In this document: piece by piece, positions 36,725 through 48,999 of the stretch
Position numbering within the stretch: position 1 is the stretch's first letter
Layout: each line of letters starts with the position of its first letter
From: Lama glama
Taxonomy: Eukaryota
NCBI GenBank assembly: GCA_028534125.1
Contig: CM052816.1
Span: 50,594,001-50,658,000 of the forward strand
Length of the DNA: 64,000 bases
Reading direction: 5' to 3'
Notes under the pieces: generated by a model
The model's input: the letters and a program-made list of their open reading frames with translations, nothing else
What the model was told of the DNA's origin: nothing
Database searches by the model: none
Made by a program: the position numbers and the translations under genes

Positions 36725-37027
36725 TTTATCTTGCAAGAAAACAAATATGTAACCCTAAAGACAGAGCTTATTCCAAACAATGTCTGATTCTGGGAGACAA
36801 CTGACGAGTTGGGGTGACAGGTTCTCCTGCCAGAACTAGACAGTTGGCTGTGTCGTTAATCTTTTGCTCCATGACAACTTTTCTTCAGCTGATTTTTAAA
36901 TTCTTTGGTCTTTGCAGATGTTGAAAGTGCTTTCAGATCAGATGCAAGTACAGATGCATTACTGCTTGACAGGCCTGTCAGTCTTCTGTTGAAAATGCGT
37001 TTTGGCACTTCGGGTTTTGATATTCAT
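36725..37027 (-). other. Possible decayed or non-coding first exon ending at a GTAAGG donor
   Basis: ~100-codon frame (ISKPEVPKRIFNRRLTG...FRVTYLFSCKI+AA) with one in-frame TAA (36856-36858) and the ATG one base out of frame; donor at 36724. Confidence 0.15.
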
Positions 37028-37414
37028 AATCAGGCCTTTTCATCTTAAATTATCAAGTTCTTTCATGGCTGTTACTGGCCTTTTAGGGGAGATCTGATGC
37101 AGCAAAGCCTGAAATTGCTGCTGCAGCTCAGAAGATAGACTGTCTTAACAAAAGGGACTCAAACGCACTGCAGAACAGATTACTTCTGCTCAGGAAATGG
37201 TCCTGGGAAGAACGTGTAGCCATCAAGACCACACTGGAGCCGACGTAGCGCTTCACAAGTTAGGCTGAGCTTATCTACTCCCCAGACAGCTTTCGTGGCT
37301 CTCCAGCTGTTGTCTAGCGTAATAACTCTCAGCAAGCTGTGTTGCTGAAGCTGACTCTGTCCTGGTGGAAGTAAATGAGCCTGATTCATATTTACAATTC
37401 AGATCATTGTTTTT

Positions 37415-37666
37415 CTGTTTTATTTATTTATTTTTTAAATTAAAATGTAGTTGGTTTACAGTGCTGTGTTCATTTCTGGTGTACAAGCACAGTGATTTGG
37501 TCATACGTATACACACACCTATTCCTTCTCATGTTCTTTTTCATTATAGGCCATTACAAGGTATTGAATATAGTTCCCTGTGCTATACAGTAGGACCTTG
37601 CTGTTTATCTATTTTATATATCGTAGTGTGTATCTGAAAACCCTGAACTCCCAATTTATCCCTCCA
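37415..37666 (-). mobile_element. L1 3' end (artiodactyl-type) with degenerate TSD
   Basis: 'tgtagttggtttaca..tattgaatatagttccctgtgctatacagtaggacc..actcccaatttatccct'; flanks CAGATCATTGTTTTT / CAGATTATTTCTTTT (12/15). Confidence 0.88.
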
Positions 37667-38304
37667 CAGATTATTTCTTTTTTAATGGAAGAAAAACCAC
37701 GATTATTTCTACTGTGCATAAAAGCTTCAGTAATTCTACAAGTAGCCACAAGGCAATTATTTACATAAGTCTTTCCTCATTGTTTGCTTCTTTTCTTAAC
37801 TTGCTAATATTTATTTTGACTACTTGGTAAAAGGACTGACCTCGTTCAGGATGAGAACCAGGCTGAGTGAAGTGTGCCACCCAGGTAGTTCCTAATAACC
37901 AAACCACTGAGTGCATCTTTCAGTATTTCCCATTTGCACATAATGAACATTATGCAGCACTTAACATAATTTGAGCTACGAACTGCTAGTTTCTAAGGAC
38001 ACTTGTTAGGGATGCCCAAGATCAACTGCATTTATAAACACATTATTGTAGTTTCCATATATCCTAGTGTTGGGAATTAGATTTGACAATCTGTCTGGGA
38101 GTCACCTGGACTTCACCTGGATCAAGCAACTTCGTTGAAGAGAGGCAAAGTGAAATTGCCCACGATGATTTTCTTCAGGCATTTTTTAAAAAATCCAAAT
38201 CTGATTCTTGTCAAATGGTCTGTGTCAGTCTGAGGCTGCTTAGGTGTTAAGGTGTCTCATTATACCAACAGAATGAAAAAATTCAGACTTGCGTTGGTGT
38301 AAGT

Positions 38305-38479
38305 CAGTGGTTCTCACAATGTGCAGGACTAGCCTTTCCCGGGACCTTCTTAACAAATGAAAACTCTCTGACACCACATAGGCCCACTGAATCCGAAACT
38401 CTGGGGGTGGAGGCCTGGCAATCTGTGTTTAACAAACCCTCTCGGTGACCCTGATGCTCCCTACGTTTGAGAACCACTG
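38305..38479. mobile_element. MER5A hAT-Charlie MITE, full length
   Basis: Perfect 12-bp TIRs CAGTGGTTCTCA / TGAGAACCACTG; 8-bp flanks GTGTAAGT / GTCTAAAT (6/8); internal 'actgaatccgaaactctgggggtgg..caatctgtgtttaacaa'. Confidence 0.9.
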
Positions 38480-39034
38480 GTCTAAATCAATCAAAAAGAA
38501 ATCCACTATAGTGGTTTTCAAAACCTTTAACTATGGAATACATTCTTCAAATAAAAGTTTCTAGAAATGCAAAAAAAAAAAAAATCCCATCATAGTTGTT
38601 TTAAGCTTGTGAGTAATATTAATATTAAGCTACAATGTTGTAAATCTGAATAAAATCTACACAATTCTTTTATTTACAGCTTCCATTAGCTATCATGGAG
38701 GTATAAAGTCAAACTTAGAAAGTAAAACTTAAAAGTTTGATGGTGATTTAAACAAAAGACTTTATGATTGGTGTTACACCATTACATCCCCTTCTTGTTC
38801 ACTTGTTTTCAACTTATTCAAGGGAAAAAAGTTGACTAGTCAAGGTAAGTCATGTATATACTCAATATTTACATTCCTATTTTACTTTATTTTTCTTTCT
38901 ATACAACTTCCTGGTCTCCATGTTTGTTATTATTGTCAACATCCTGCCAAATTACACAATTGAAAGGTGAAAGGAGAATTTACCTTCACAGAGAGATATG
39001 CTAAAAGTCAGTATTTCTAGGAGAATAATTCCCT

Positions 39035-39058
39035 TTCTAGAAAATTCCTAGAATTTTC
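39035..39058. promoter_or_regulatory. Overlapping heat-shock element and STAT/BCL6 GAS-type motif
   Basis: TTCtaGAAaaTTC (39035-39047), TTCCTAGAA (39045-39053), GAAttTTC (39051-39058). Confidence 0.25.
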
Positions 39059-39930
39059 TATGTGAAGAGAGTGAAAACACCGGCAGGGACAGGCACTGTT
39101 CCTGTAGTGCTCACAGGTGCGAGGAGAGGCGGGCTGATGTTTTACACGTGGAAGACAACCTTGGGGTTAGTGTTCACGGAGAATGGTATGGTTTTGGATT
39201 CTGAGAGGGAGAAAGGCGAAGCAATAAGGCAAAGAAAGAAATATTTTAAATGTAAATTTCGATGAGCTTAAGAGAAAAGTAAAGACTTCTAATGAGAATC
39301 AAGAAAAGAGTTCTTCAGATTTGGAAATTTCGTAAGGGAAAAGAATGTTCTGTTTTCCCTTTTACATCTGGAGGCAGGTTGGTTATATCCTCCTCAAATT
39401 CAGGTGGTGGCCAGAAAGTCATTCCTCTTGGGCTCGGGCTGGGACCACAGTACACCCTCTCCTTAGTTTGGTAGAAAGTACCATAAACCAAGAGTCAGAA
39501 AAATCAAGTTCTATTCTCTGGTTCACAGACATTGGGGAAATAATTCAATAATCCTTGCCTCTGTCTCTACTCAAAATTTAATCTGTTCTCTTATCAGCCA
39601 AACGAAGGGGTTATACCAGGGAGATCCTCAGGCAGCATCCAGCACAACCATTCTCGGATCTTCCCATCGCCTGGCTTTTAGTGTGAACACTACTGATGAC
39701 TTCCTAGCTTAAATGTAACTTATTGTTTTGTGGGAAAGAGGCTCAGTTTGGCTATTTATCAGGAAACATGTTTTCTGAGTACTGCTTCCTGCATTTGTGA
39801 TAGATTGATATTAAGCCTTTCACTCTTTCCTCCTTTTGAACAGCAGTACATATTGACTCTCTGGGGTTAAATGTTGAACTTTCAGTTATGAATCAGGAAA
39901 GCCCTCACTTAAACTTCACATTTATGACTT

Positions 39931-39981
39931 TGACCTGGCTAGCACTGAACTTTAACCTCTAACCAGCTGAGCTAACCAGCC
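39931..39981 (-). mobile_element. tRNA-Ile-like head of an ancient SINE (MamSINE1-like) fragment
   Basis: Minus strand GGCTGGTTAGCTCAGCTGGTTAGAG matches the tRNA-Ile 5' half with A box; no intact anticodon or T arm follows. Confidence 0.55.
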
Positions 39982-41189
39982 ACAAAGACTTTGCCAGCCC
40001 AGGATAGGGAAACTTAAAATAATGAGACAGATCATATTAAAATATAAATGTAGATACAGGTATCTTTCATGTTTGCAGCTGGAAGAAATGAACCTAAAGT
40101 TATAGAAAACTGCCCATTCTTTGAAATTGTGACAAAGGAGCAGCAGAATGAAAACAGCAGCAGAATTTGAAATGAATGGATATTACATGGATCCAGATAC
40201 CTCTGCAATGTTCTGAGTTCTCTGACAAAGCTGCCTGCACCGTGGTCCTGTTCGGTGGATTGACATAACCTGACAGGGTAAGTAAATCCTCTTCTTTCAA
40301 GTTGCAGCTATTGATGAAGGGACTGAGTCATTTGGCTTTGAAAGGAAATTTATCCTCCTGAGCTCCTTGTACCATGAAAGACAAAGACCTTCCGTGGAAG
40401 CCAAGGTCTTCAAGGCCACAGCATCTGGAACTCATTCCTGAGTGACTGCCCAGCTTCCCTGTATAAACATCACCTTTCTTCCCTTCATCTTTCTTTCTGA
40501 TGTTAAATGCAAAATGCTGGTGAGAAATCTAATTTTGATAATCACGGAATATTTACTTGAGAAATTTATATCACAAGCTTCTGCCATCTTTATAAAGCCC
40601 CAAAGATGGAAATAAGCCCTAAACAGAATGCTTGTTATTTGACTAATCTCAGAGGATTTCCTGTTTTTTCTCTCCTTGAAGCAATCAAATATAGATAGAA
40701 ATGTTGAGAGCACAGTTAGAAGATGTGTAGGTCGATCTTCAAGACCAGAGAAAAGTGGGGATGTGTTTTTTCACCCTTGAGGTCTCAGCACTTAAAGACT
40801 TTATTCAGTTCCTAGTAAAATGTCAAAGATTTTTGAGGTAAAGCATATGTTCATTTCAAAGAAAAATCAGGTTTTCAGCTGCTGTCACTTGACGAAGAAC
40901 AATTATTTTTTGGAATGATGGTGGTCATTGGCAGTTTCATTTTCAGACACAGTCTCCTGGTGCTGGGAGATTTCACTTTCTTTGATAAGACGATCTGCTT
41001 TACATTTTGTATGTTTTTCTTACACACAACTTAGACATTCCTGTTTTCAATAAGTTGCAAGACAAGCAGGAAAATACATGTGTTCAAAGATCATTTAGCA
41101 CTTAATACCAACTAAGAAGTTATAGTTTCACTGAAAAAATGAGCAAATTTTGTCAGGATATTGGTAATATCTATATTAGTAATATCTAT

Positions 41190-42160
41190 ATTTTCCTTTT
41201 TCTCTAGTTAGACTGGATAGAAGTTTATCAATTTTATTGATCTTCCTAGAAAAGAACCACCCCCAAACGTAGCTTTTGGTTTTCATTGATTTCTACTCTC
41301 AATCTTCTTCTTTCCACTTACTTTTAGTTTCATTTGCTTTTCTTTTTTCAAGATTGACCCTTCTTTTTTTTTTTTCTAATCTAGGCATTTAGGGGTATAT
41401 ATTTTCTTTAGCAGCATCTCACATATATTAACTAGGTCACGTTGGTGTTTGGTGTTAGGTATTTTTATATTCCTATAAATATTCTTGAAGTTTGTTCTGG
41501 GGTGCTGTTAAGTTCCTTAGGAAATTGTATGATCCTTTTGGGTCTTGATTTTAAGATTCGTTAGTCAGGGTTAGATCCATGTTTAAACTAGGACTAATTG
41601 TTTATTCTTGAAGTAAGATAATTCTAAGTAATCCATGATGCCTTTTGAATTATGAGGTTTTTCTATCTGACTGGTGGGACAGACAGTATTTCTTGCCCTG
41701 TGTAAGTGCCATGTACTATATTTTTTTTCTTTTAGATATTCTTTCCTCACATGCATGCACACATCAACACTGTGGAATACTCAGAGGAGACCATCTGAAG
41801 CGCCTCCAGAATTCCATTTTTGCCCGGTTTTCTCCTGTGTTTTTCTGTCCTTCCAGCTCCTGCTGCTTTTATTCCCCAGACTCTCATCATTATTTCCTCA
41901 ACTTAGGGAACCTGCCATGCTCTGCCCACGTTTTTCTCCATCTCTGTGCTCTGGCCTGTAAGCTCTCCCCTGGCAATAAAACTGGGGCAATTTTCTCATT
42001 TTGTTTCTTTCCCATCTCTCAGGGATCACTCTTATTTTCTTGATTGATGGTCAGTGTCTTGACCACCACCGTTTCAGGTATTTTCTGATTTTCGGTTGTT
42101 TCAGGCAGGAGGCTAGATCCAGTCCCTGTTACTGCATTTTGACCCAAAGCAAAAATCCCA
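41190..42160 (-). mobile_element. Ancient L1M (MD/ME-type) 5' end plus ORF2 scrap
   Basis: Minus-strand start 'gctttgggtcaaaatgcagtaacagggac' resembles old L1 5' termini; 'gtttatcaattttattgatctt..aagaacca..cttttggttt..cattgat' is antisense ORF2. Confidence 0.6.
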
Positions 42161-43249
42161 CTCATAATTTTTAAAATGAAGAACAGATGATTCTCGATTT
42201 TGAAATAAAATAATTTACTATTTGTGAAATCAGTATGATTGCAAGGACTGTTTCTTTTGAATCTGTCATGGTCTTCACTCAGGAAGCAGTCCAAAACTTA
42301 GCCATCTCTCAATTTTTATCTCAAACGCTGTATCACGTATCCCACAGCCAGAAGATTCTCTTCTGATGCACCATTACACTTTTTAATTTATCTACATGTT
42401 TGTTTTATCCCTCCTGCTAAAGTCTGAACAGTTACAAGGGAGGTTTTGAATTCCTATTTTTTGTTCCTGCCACAGTAACATACACAGTGCTTAGTACACT
42501 GTAGTTCTATCATTTTCAAGGGGGAAGAGTGATATCTGATGGAGGACAAAATAAGTTGTTAATTAGAATAAAGAATTTTATTTGTCTCCTAAAATATGAA
42601 CCTAGTTAATAGATGCCCTATTAGTAAATGACTAATATATTTCTAAACACTTTATATTAATAGAAGGGGAAAAACGTTTCTTAAAGATCAGAACTTGTAA
42701 AACAAAAGTGAGATCACTGTCTTTTTTGGCCCTAGACTCTTAATTTTAATTTGCTCAATATGTTTCTGTGTCTCAGTTCCCTAAGGTCAGTGATCATACT
42801 AACATACCATATGTTAGTTCTGCAAGCAAGAAGATTCAATTGCCAGTATGGAAGAATCTCCTTGGAGTTCTCTGAATTTTAATCATAAAGATCACTGAAA
42901 TTTCTTCGTAGCTTAAATTTACTTTGCTTTTGCCAGCAGATCTACATTTTAATAGAATAGACTTTACTACCAATTGTAAGATACATATATCTCGTACCAA
43001 TACACAAAAGTGGGTTTCTTAGTAATTAAGCCTTTGGACTGACCAATTTAGAGCCAATAAATATATTTTCTTGCTTTTTTCTCACAATCATTTTGGTAGT
43101 GAAGCAGATGTCAACATTACTTTCATTGAAATGGAAAATAATTTGAAGGCAGAAGTCAAACCTTATTTTTTTTCTTTTACTGACTGAATTGATTTTCTCT
43201 CTCTTTTTTTTCAATGCAAACAGAAAGAGAAGATGATTTCATTTTTTCC

Positions 43250-43760
43250 CCCCAGCTAACAAACATTTGTTGAGTAACATAAGATTTTTTTTCTCATGCT
43301 TGGGGTTAAGCCACAAATAAGTGTTCCCTCCTTGCTCTCAAGGAACTTGTACCTCTAGTAGGAGCATATGGACATGAAATACTAGATGATGTTTTAAGTG
43401 TTATTGTAGAGATGCATACGATTAACAATGAGGGCAAAAAGAGGGAAGAATTATGATCCAAAGAAAGTCTCCGCAAAGGAGATGATTGAGCTGAATCTTC
43501 AAGAAGGAGTAAGACTTGATGAAAGGAGAATTCTAGGCAGAGCAAATAATCTAAACCAAATGAAGGTTGAGAAGCATAATACTTCTTGGCACTCTAAGAA
43601 AATTGCCATCAATTTGATATGGTTACGGCATGGGGCAGGGGGAAAAGGAATTAAAGTGGGATGGGGCAGGGTGTAAAACAGGAAAGGAAGCTGGAAGAGA
43701 GATTAGAAAAATAGGCAGGGTTAGGGAGTGAGGACCTTGGATTTTATACAAAGAGGTTTA
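43250..43760 (-). mobile_element. L2 fragment
   Basis: 'aacaaacatttgttgagt..ccttgctctcaaggaactt..tgagctgaatcttcaagaaggagtaag'. Confidence 0.65.
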
Positions 43761-43766
43761 GTTTAG

Positions 43767-43972
43767 CAGTTTCTCAGTAGAGGGTGCAGCTGACATTTGG
43801 GCAGGACAAGTCTATGTTGTTCTGGACTTTCTAAGCCTTGCGGCGTAGTCAGCCTCTCTTCTCCCACCCATTAAATGTGCTCACCAGTCCCTGGGACAAC
43901 CAAAAATGTCCTCCACCCAAGTACTTCCAAACCGTGCCGAGGAGTGGTGGCATCCCTCCCGGAGAAACACTG
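43767..43972 (-). mobile_element. MER20/MER20B-like relic
   Basis: 'cagtttctca..tgacatttgggcaggaca..gacaaccaaaaatgtcctcc..gagaaacactg'. Confidence 0.6.
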
Positions 43973-44874
43973 AAGGACGGAGAGCTGACAAAAGAGAGCC
44001 ATTTCATAACTAGGTCACTGTTCACTTTTTCTTTATTCTCACTCTCCTCTTATTTTGAATACTGGCTATGAAATTCATATCTAGAGGGCTGTACAGCATA
44101 GCCTCTACAACAATGAGAGCTGTTCTGTTTTTTAAAGAAGGATGTACAACCATATTTGTTTCCAATGCTGGGGTAACATTTATGTATTGAAAAACTTGTA
44201 TCCACTAGAGTGATTCTTCAGAAGCCTAAAAAATATATTATCCAAGTGACATATGACTACTGACGACAAACTAGAGAACATAAATTACCCAATCTGGAGA
44301 AAATAAAAATCAATCATATTTGCTCAACAAGGAATAACTATTTTACATCATGCTGTGTGTTCTTTTCTGTTTCAAATCTAGTATTATACATAAGTATCTT
44401 TCCAAGTCAATAAATACTCGCACTGTGTGTTTAGATGGATGTTTTACATTCCATGACATGAATGTGCTATACGTTATCTGACTACTATGACACCTTAACA
44501 TTATACCAATTTTCCACTAGAAACAATTTTGCTATGTGATGAACCTCTATGTACACCTGTTTTCTTAAATTCCCAGAAATGGGTCGATAGATCTTTGTAT
44601 TTTAAGGCTTTTAAAATATGTATTTCCAAATTTTCTTCTGGAAGGATTTTTCACCAGTCAGCAGTATCAAAGGTGACAGTTTGGTCACATCTTTCTTTAG
44701 TAAATATTGTTTTTACTTAGAAATATTTTACAACTGCTTAGCAATTGGATCAGATGGGCAATGCAGAACAGAGTCTTCCATGAACCTAGCAACTTACTCT
44801 GGGGCCACTGGGGGATAGTGGCCATTCGCAGAGGGCTGTCGGGCTGTCCCTTGTCCCCAAAGCTGTCCTCTGCT

Positions 44875-45380
44875 GTCAGCATAGCTCTGCCCATCCTCTT
44901 TTCTGGAAACTATGCTCTTCCCGCCACATAGCCACCAGGCCATTCCAAGGCCACATGTCTTTGTCACCTTTGCCACATTGCAAGGTGCGTACTCTGTTCA
45001 AGCTGTGAATATCAGCTTAGTACCTCCCCGGAAATGCAGAATTGGGACTAAGAAATATTTTTCAGTCTCTCTCCAGGTAGCTGGACCTGCATTATATAAA
45101 TCTGAGACCCTCAGTTGCTTTTATTTTCTATTACTGAGTTGGATCAGCAGAAGCTGAGAGAGAGAGAGAGGGAGACAATTATGCAGCAAAAAAGCAGAGA
45201 TTGAAGACAGGGGGAACTCCCTGATGACAGCGGAGTCTCGGGTTCCAGTCTTTTCTGAGGCCAGGGTACATACCTGCCCACAGGTTCTACAGGTCATCTC
45301 CTAATCTCTGTAATAAATTTATTTTTCTTTGTTTAACTAACACAGTTGGTTTCTTCTACTTAAAAAGCAATGAATGTAAA
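44875..45380 (+). mobile_element. MLT1-type solo LTR (old)
   Basis: 'ccctgatgaca..ggttccagtc..ctgaggccag..aataaatttatttttctttgtttaa..gttggtttct'. Confidence 0.55.
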
Positions 45381-46449
45381 CACATGTGATTCACCCTGGG
45401 GGATACGCAGAAAGGCTTGGAGCAAGGGGTCGTCCCTGTAGTGGGTTGAGGCCTATCCGCCAGGAGTATTTGGGAATTAATGTTAACGTGACTCATTTGT
45501 GCCCCTAGGCCGGTGGGGTCTAGGGACATCTACATTACACATTTTGAATAATATAAAAACCAAAACCAGGCCTTATTGCAAAATCCACATTGTCCCTAAC
45601 GTAAAAACAAATTAATTGCTTAGTTGCTTTCAACTGTTTTGAGACCAGGAAGAAATTTCTCACTGGAGTCTTCATGAAGGAGACCCTGTGCCACGTACTG
45701 GAAAGAAGCACAATGCCAAGAAATCACACTTTTTAGTGTATTTGTCCTCACATGCAGGTCCCCAGCTGGGATCTTTACTTTAAATGAGCTCTTAGTAAGA
45801 TCACAGCAAATAAACAAAGATTTCCCTCCACCGGGTCCAGGCATTCCCTCAGAATAAAAAGGAACCCAAAAACAGGCTGTAGAAATCAAACTTCTCAGGG
45901 AATTTACTGGACTTTCTGTTCGCTAGAGTCATTAGTTAGGCTGGTCGCAAAAAAATGGCCTTTGGATTCTGGTTATCCCCCCTAGTCATAGAGAGCACAC
46001 GAACAGAGCAGACAAGCTCGGGCAGCTCATGATGAAAACACGTCTCAGAGGACTAGCGGGGTGTCGATTTGGTTTGTACTGCCGCCTATGTCTTGGGGGT
46101 TTGGATAAAATGTTACTGCTTATGGATTTTTCTACAAATAGCCAACGATTGAACAGATTCAATATTTGATCTTTCATTATTTTTTTTTAGTATAACAATC
46201 ACAATCAGGTAATCTGAGTTGTTTTTCTGCTTTACCCTTTTCAATTTAGCCTCTCTCTTTTTTCTTTCTTGCTCACTTGCTTTTCTAGCTATCCATGATA
46301 AAAATTCCTCACAGTTATGGATGATATTTTAATCCTTTGGAAGAGAGCAACAATGGAGAATTAAAAGTCTTGGGATCATAGTCCTCATCTTTATGTTCAC
46401 TTTGTAGAGCAAAGCATAGTTTATAGTTTCTTGTGTTCGTTCCAAAAAT

Positions 46450-46740
46450 TTTATTGCATTTATTAGCATATCTGTGTGAGTTATACATTCCTCCCTCATA
46501 AAATGACATAGAAAGTTGCCCATAATATGTTTAGTGAAAAAAAGTTGCAGAGCAACATATACTATTAGTACACCCATTCTTACAGCCGTAGCGGTAAGAC
46601 AATATATACATTAAGTGAATTTGAAAAAATAACCCATGCACTGTTAATAGTGCTTACCTCTCAGAGGTGGAGATAACAGGGCCCCTCCCCTAGCTTTGTT
46701 GTGTATAAATATCACAGCCTATATGTAATGTATTTTATAT
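46450..46740 (+). mobile_element. L1ME-type 3' fragment
   Basis: 'gacatagaaag..tagtgaaaaaaagttgcaga..ctgttaatagtgcttacctct'. Confidence 0.5.
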
Positions 46741-48622
46741 TTTTAAAAGGTAGGGGCCAAAGTGCAATGTACTGTCAGTCTGGGGAAAACATTTGACAGG
46801 CCACATCTATTCTTTTTTCCAAAACATAAATGTTTCCTACTTTTCACTGATTTGCTTTGTGACTCTAATTTCTAATTTGATTCTTTGTGACTTCTGATTT
46901 CAATTATCATAATTATCCTCTTCATCATCTAATGAAGATATATAACAACTCTTTGCCATTAATAACCATTCATTCAAATGTCTGCAGATGAAGATAAAAC
47001 CCAATTAACTGTCAGAATTATGCTTTATGACAATCGAACTTTGGTCTTAATCTTCTATCATACATTTGCCTATAAATCACGTCTTTAGAGTAGCACTCCT
47101 ACATACCCCCTTTTTTTTTCAGAATAATAACGAGCCATGCAAACACGTGTAAAAGAGATTGTTCCCAAAGTAATTAGCTTTTACCATCATAGAGAATCTC
47201 GCATTTTGTAGCAGGGATCTTGAGACCTGTGGATGGAAGTCTGCACTACCCTCAAAGAAGGAAAAAGTTAAATATCTCCTGCTTAGGAAGTGAAGCTCAT
47301 AATTTTCTACTAGAATATAGGCCTTGGGCAAGTTCCTTAAGACCCTGCATTTCCTTTAAGGAAGCAGTGAAAGGCTAACAAATTGGCAATCCCCAAATTA
47401 AAATTAGAGCCCTCTCAAGTACACCCAGTCCCTCCCATTGTTCCAAATTGTCCCGTGTAACAGCTAAATAGCAGTTTCAGCATCCACATCATGTTATTTA
47501 GGGTTCAACCATAATTCTATTCCTAATTTCAATTACCATAATAATCCTCTAGTAGAACAACTTTCTAAAAGTCAAAAATCAAAGCAGTTTCTACCGAAAG
47601 CTCTCAGGACTGGCTAATTACACAAAATCAACATTCAGCCTATTGGTCTATGGGGCTTTATTTGCATTCATAGTCTTGTGTGGCTCTTTTCTGATTCAGA
47701 GAACTAAGGAGGGAGTTGGGCTGAGATCTAGAGAGTAACCGACAAGGGCAAAACTGTTTTAGGGGAGTTTTGATTTCTCTTCTACTTCAAGGTGAAACTC
47801 AAGTGGTTAATAAAGAGGAACGGAAGACTTGCATTTGTTCTTCTCTGTTTTCCTGACCTGGCTTGTCCACTGTGTATCTTCCAGCGTACTTTGATAAGGG
47901 ATAGGAAGCCTACAGAGTTCACATTTTTTTGGTACTCGGAGAAGATTATTTTAGAGCAAGGGTTTCTTCTTCTGACTTCAGTCAGTCTACTGAGTGATTT
48001 CATCCTTGTCTTCATTACCTAGTCCCTTCCCTCTAGAACAAGTGATACGACTCTATCATGTTATGAAAAATTAATTATCGCAGCAAACTTTTCATTTGCA
48101 CAGGAGGAGACTTTCTAGCTCTAACTTAAAGGACATTTGTTAGGACAGCGAGATTATAACATCCTCATCATTACAGGTGCTTATTGGCTTACTTTAGCTC
48201 TCCTTCCATCAGAGATCATGCTGTCAAAGTGGTCTATAGTCTCTAACCTGGATAATTTCAGTCTTCTTTATTTGTTTTATGAATTTATTTTAATTTTTGG
48301 TTAGACAAAAAGATAACCACTTGAAGTAACTCCAGTCACTTATTCATTTATCCAGCTGGAGCATAGAATAGAATTATTTCTCTAATCTCTGGCATGAAAA
48401 GGGGTGATGAAGCCAGCTCTAGGCTGATTCAGCCGGCAGAGAACATCTGGGAGTGTTTGTGCCCATTATAATGTTGCTTGGAAAGACACATGACATGATA
48501 TGGTACCCTGGGGTTAAGATTATACATACATGAAAAGATTTGTATTGTCTAGAGGAGAAATGTGATGCTGTTTTTTATCTATTACTGAGACACCTGCCCA
48601 TGATATCCTTAAGGTTATGAAC

Positions 48623-48999
48623 TGTTATGAGCCAAATTGTATGCCCCCAGCAATTCACGTGTTGAAGCCCTAACCCTCAGTGTGGCTGTATTTGGAGATA
48701 ATACAAGTAATTAAGGTTAAATGAGGTCATAAGGGTGGGGCCCTAATCTAACAGGACTGGGGTCTTTACAGAAAGAGGAAGAGACACCAGGGATGCTAAT
48801 GGACAGAGAAAAGACCACGTGAGGACACAGCAGGAGGATGCCCATCTGTCAGCCAAGGAAAAAGACCTAAGGAGAACTCAATACTGCAGGAACCTTGATC
48901 TTAGACTTCCAGCCCCCAGAACTGTGAGAAAATAAATTTTTCTTGTTTAAGCCACTAAGTCTGTGGTATTTTGCTTAGCAGCCCTAGCAGGCCAATATA
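48623..48999 (+). mobile_element. MLT1A/A0-type MaLR solo LTR, full length
   Basis: TGTTATG start, AATAAA, 'gacttccagcccccagaactgtgaga'; perfect 5-bp TSD TGAAC (48618-48622 / 49000-49004). Confidence 0.92.

Noticed and set aside
40225..40250. REST/NRSE-like 'ctgcaccgtggtcctg'
   Set aside because: About five mismatches to the core consensus, including key positions.
44798..44943. Another minus-strand ATG...GA|GTAAGT phase-2 segment
   Set aside because: The ATG lies inside an MLT1 LTR relic, and the ORF ends there only because the donor contains TAA; not counted as exon evidence.
46029..46217. ATGATGA (box C-like) with a distant CTGA
   Set aside because: Spacing is long and no terminal stem or guide complementarity was seen; no support for a C/D snoRNA.
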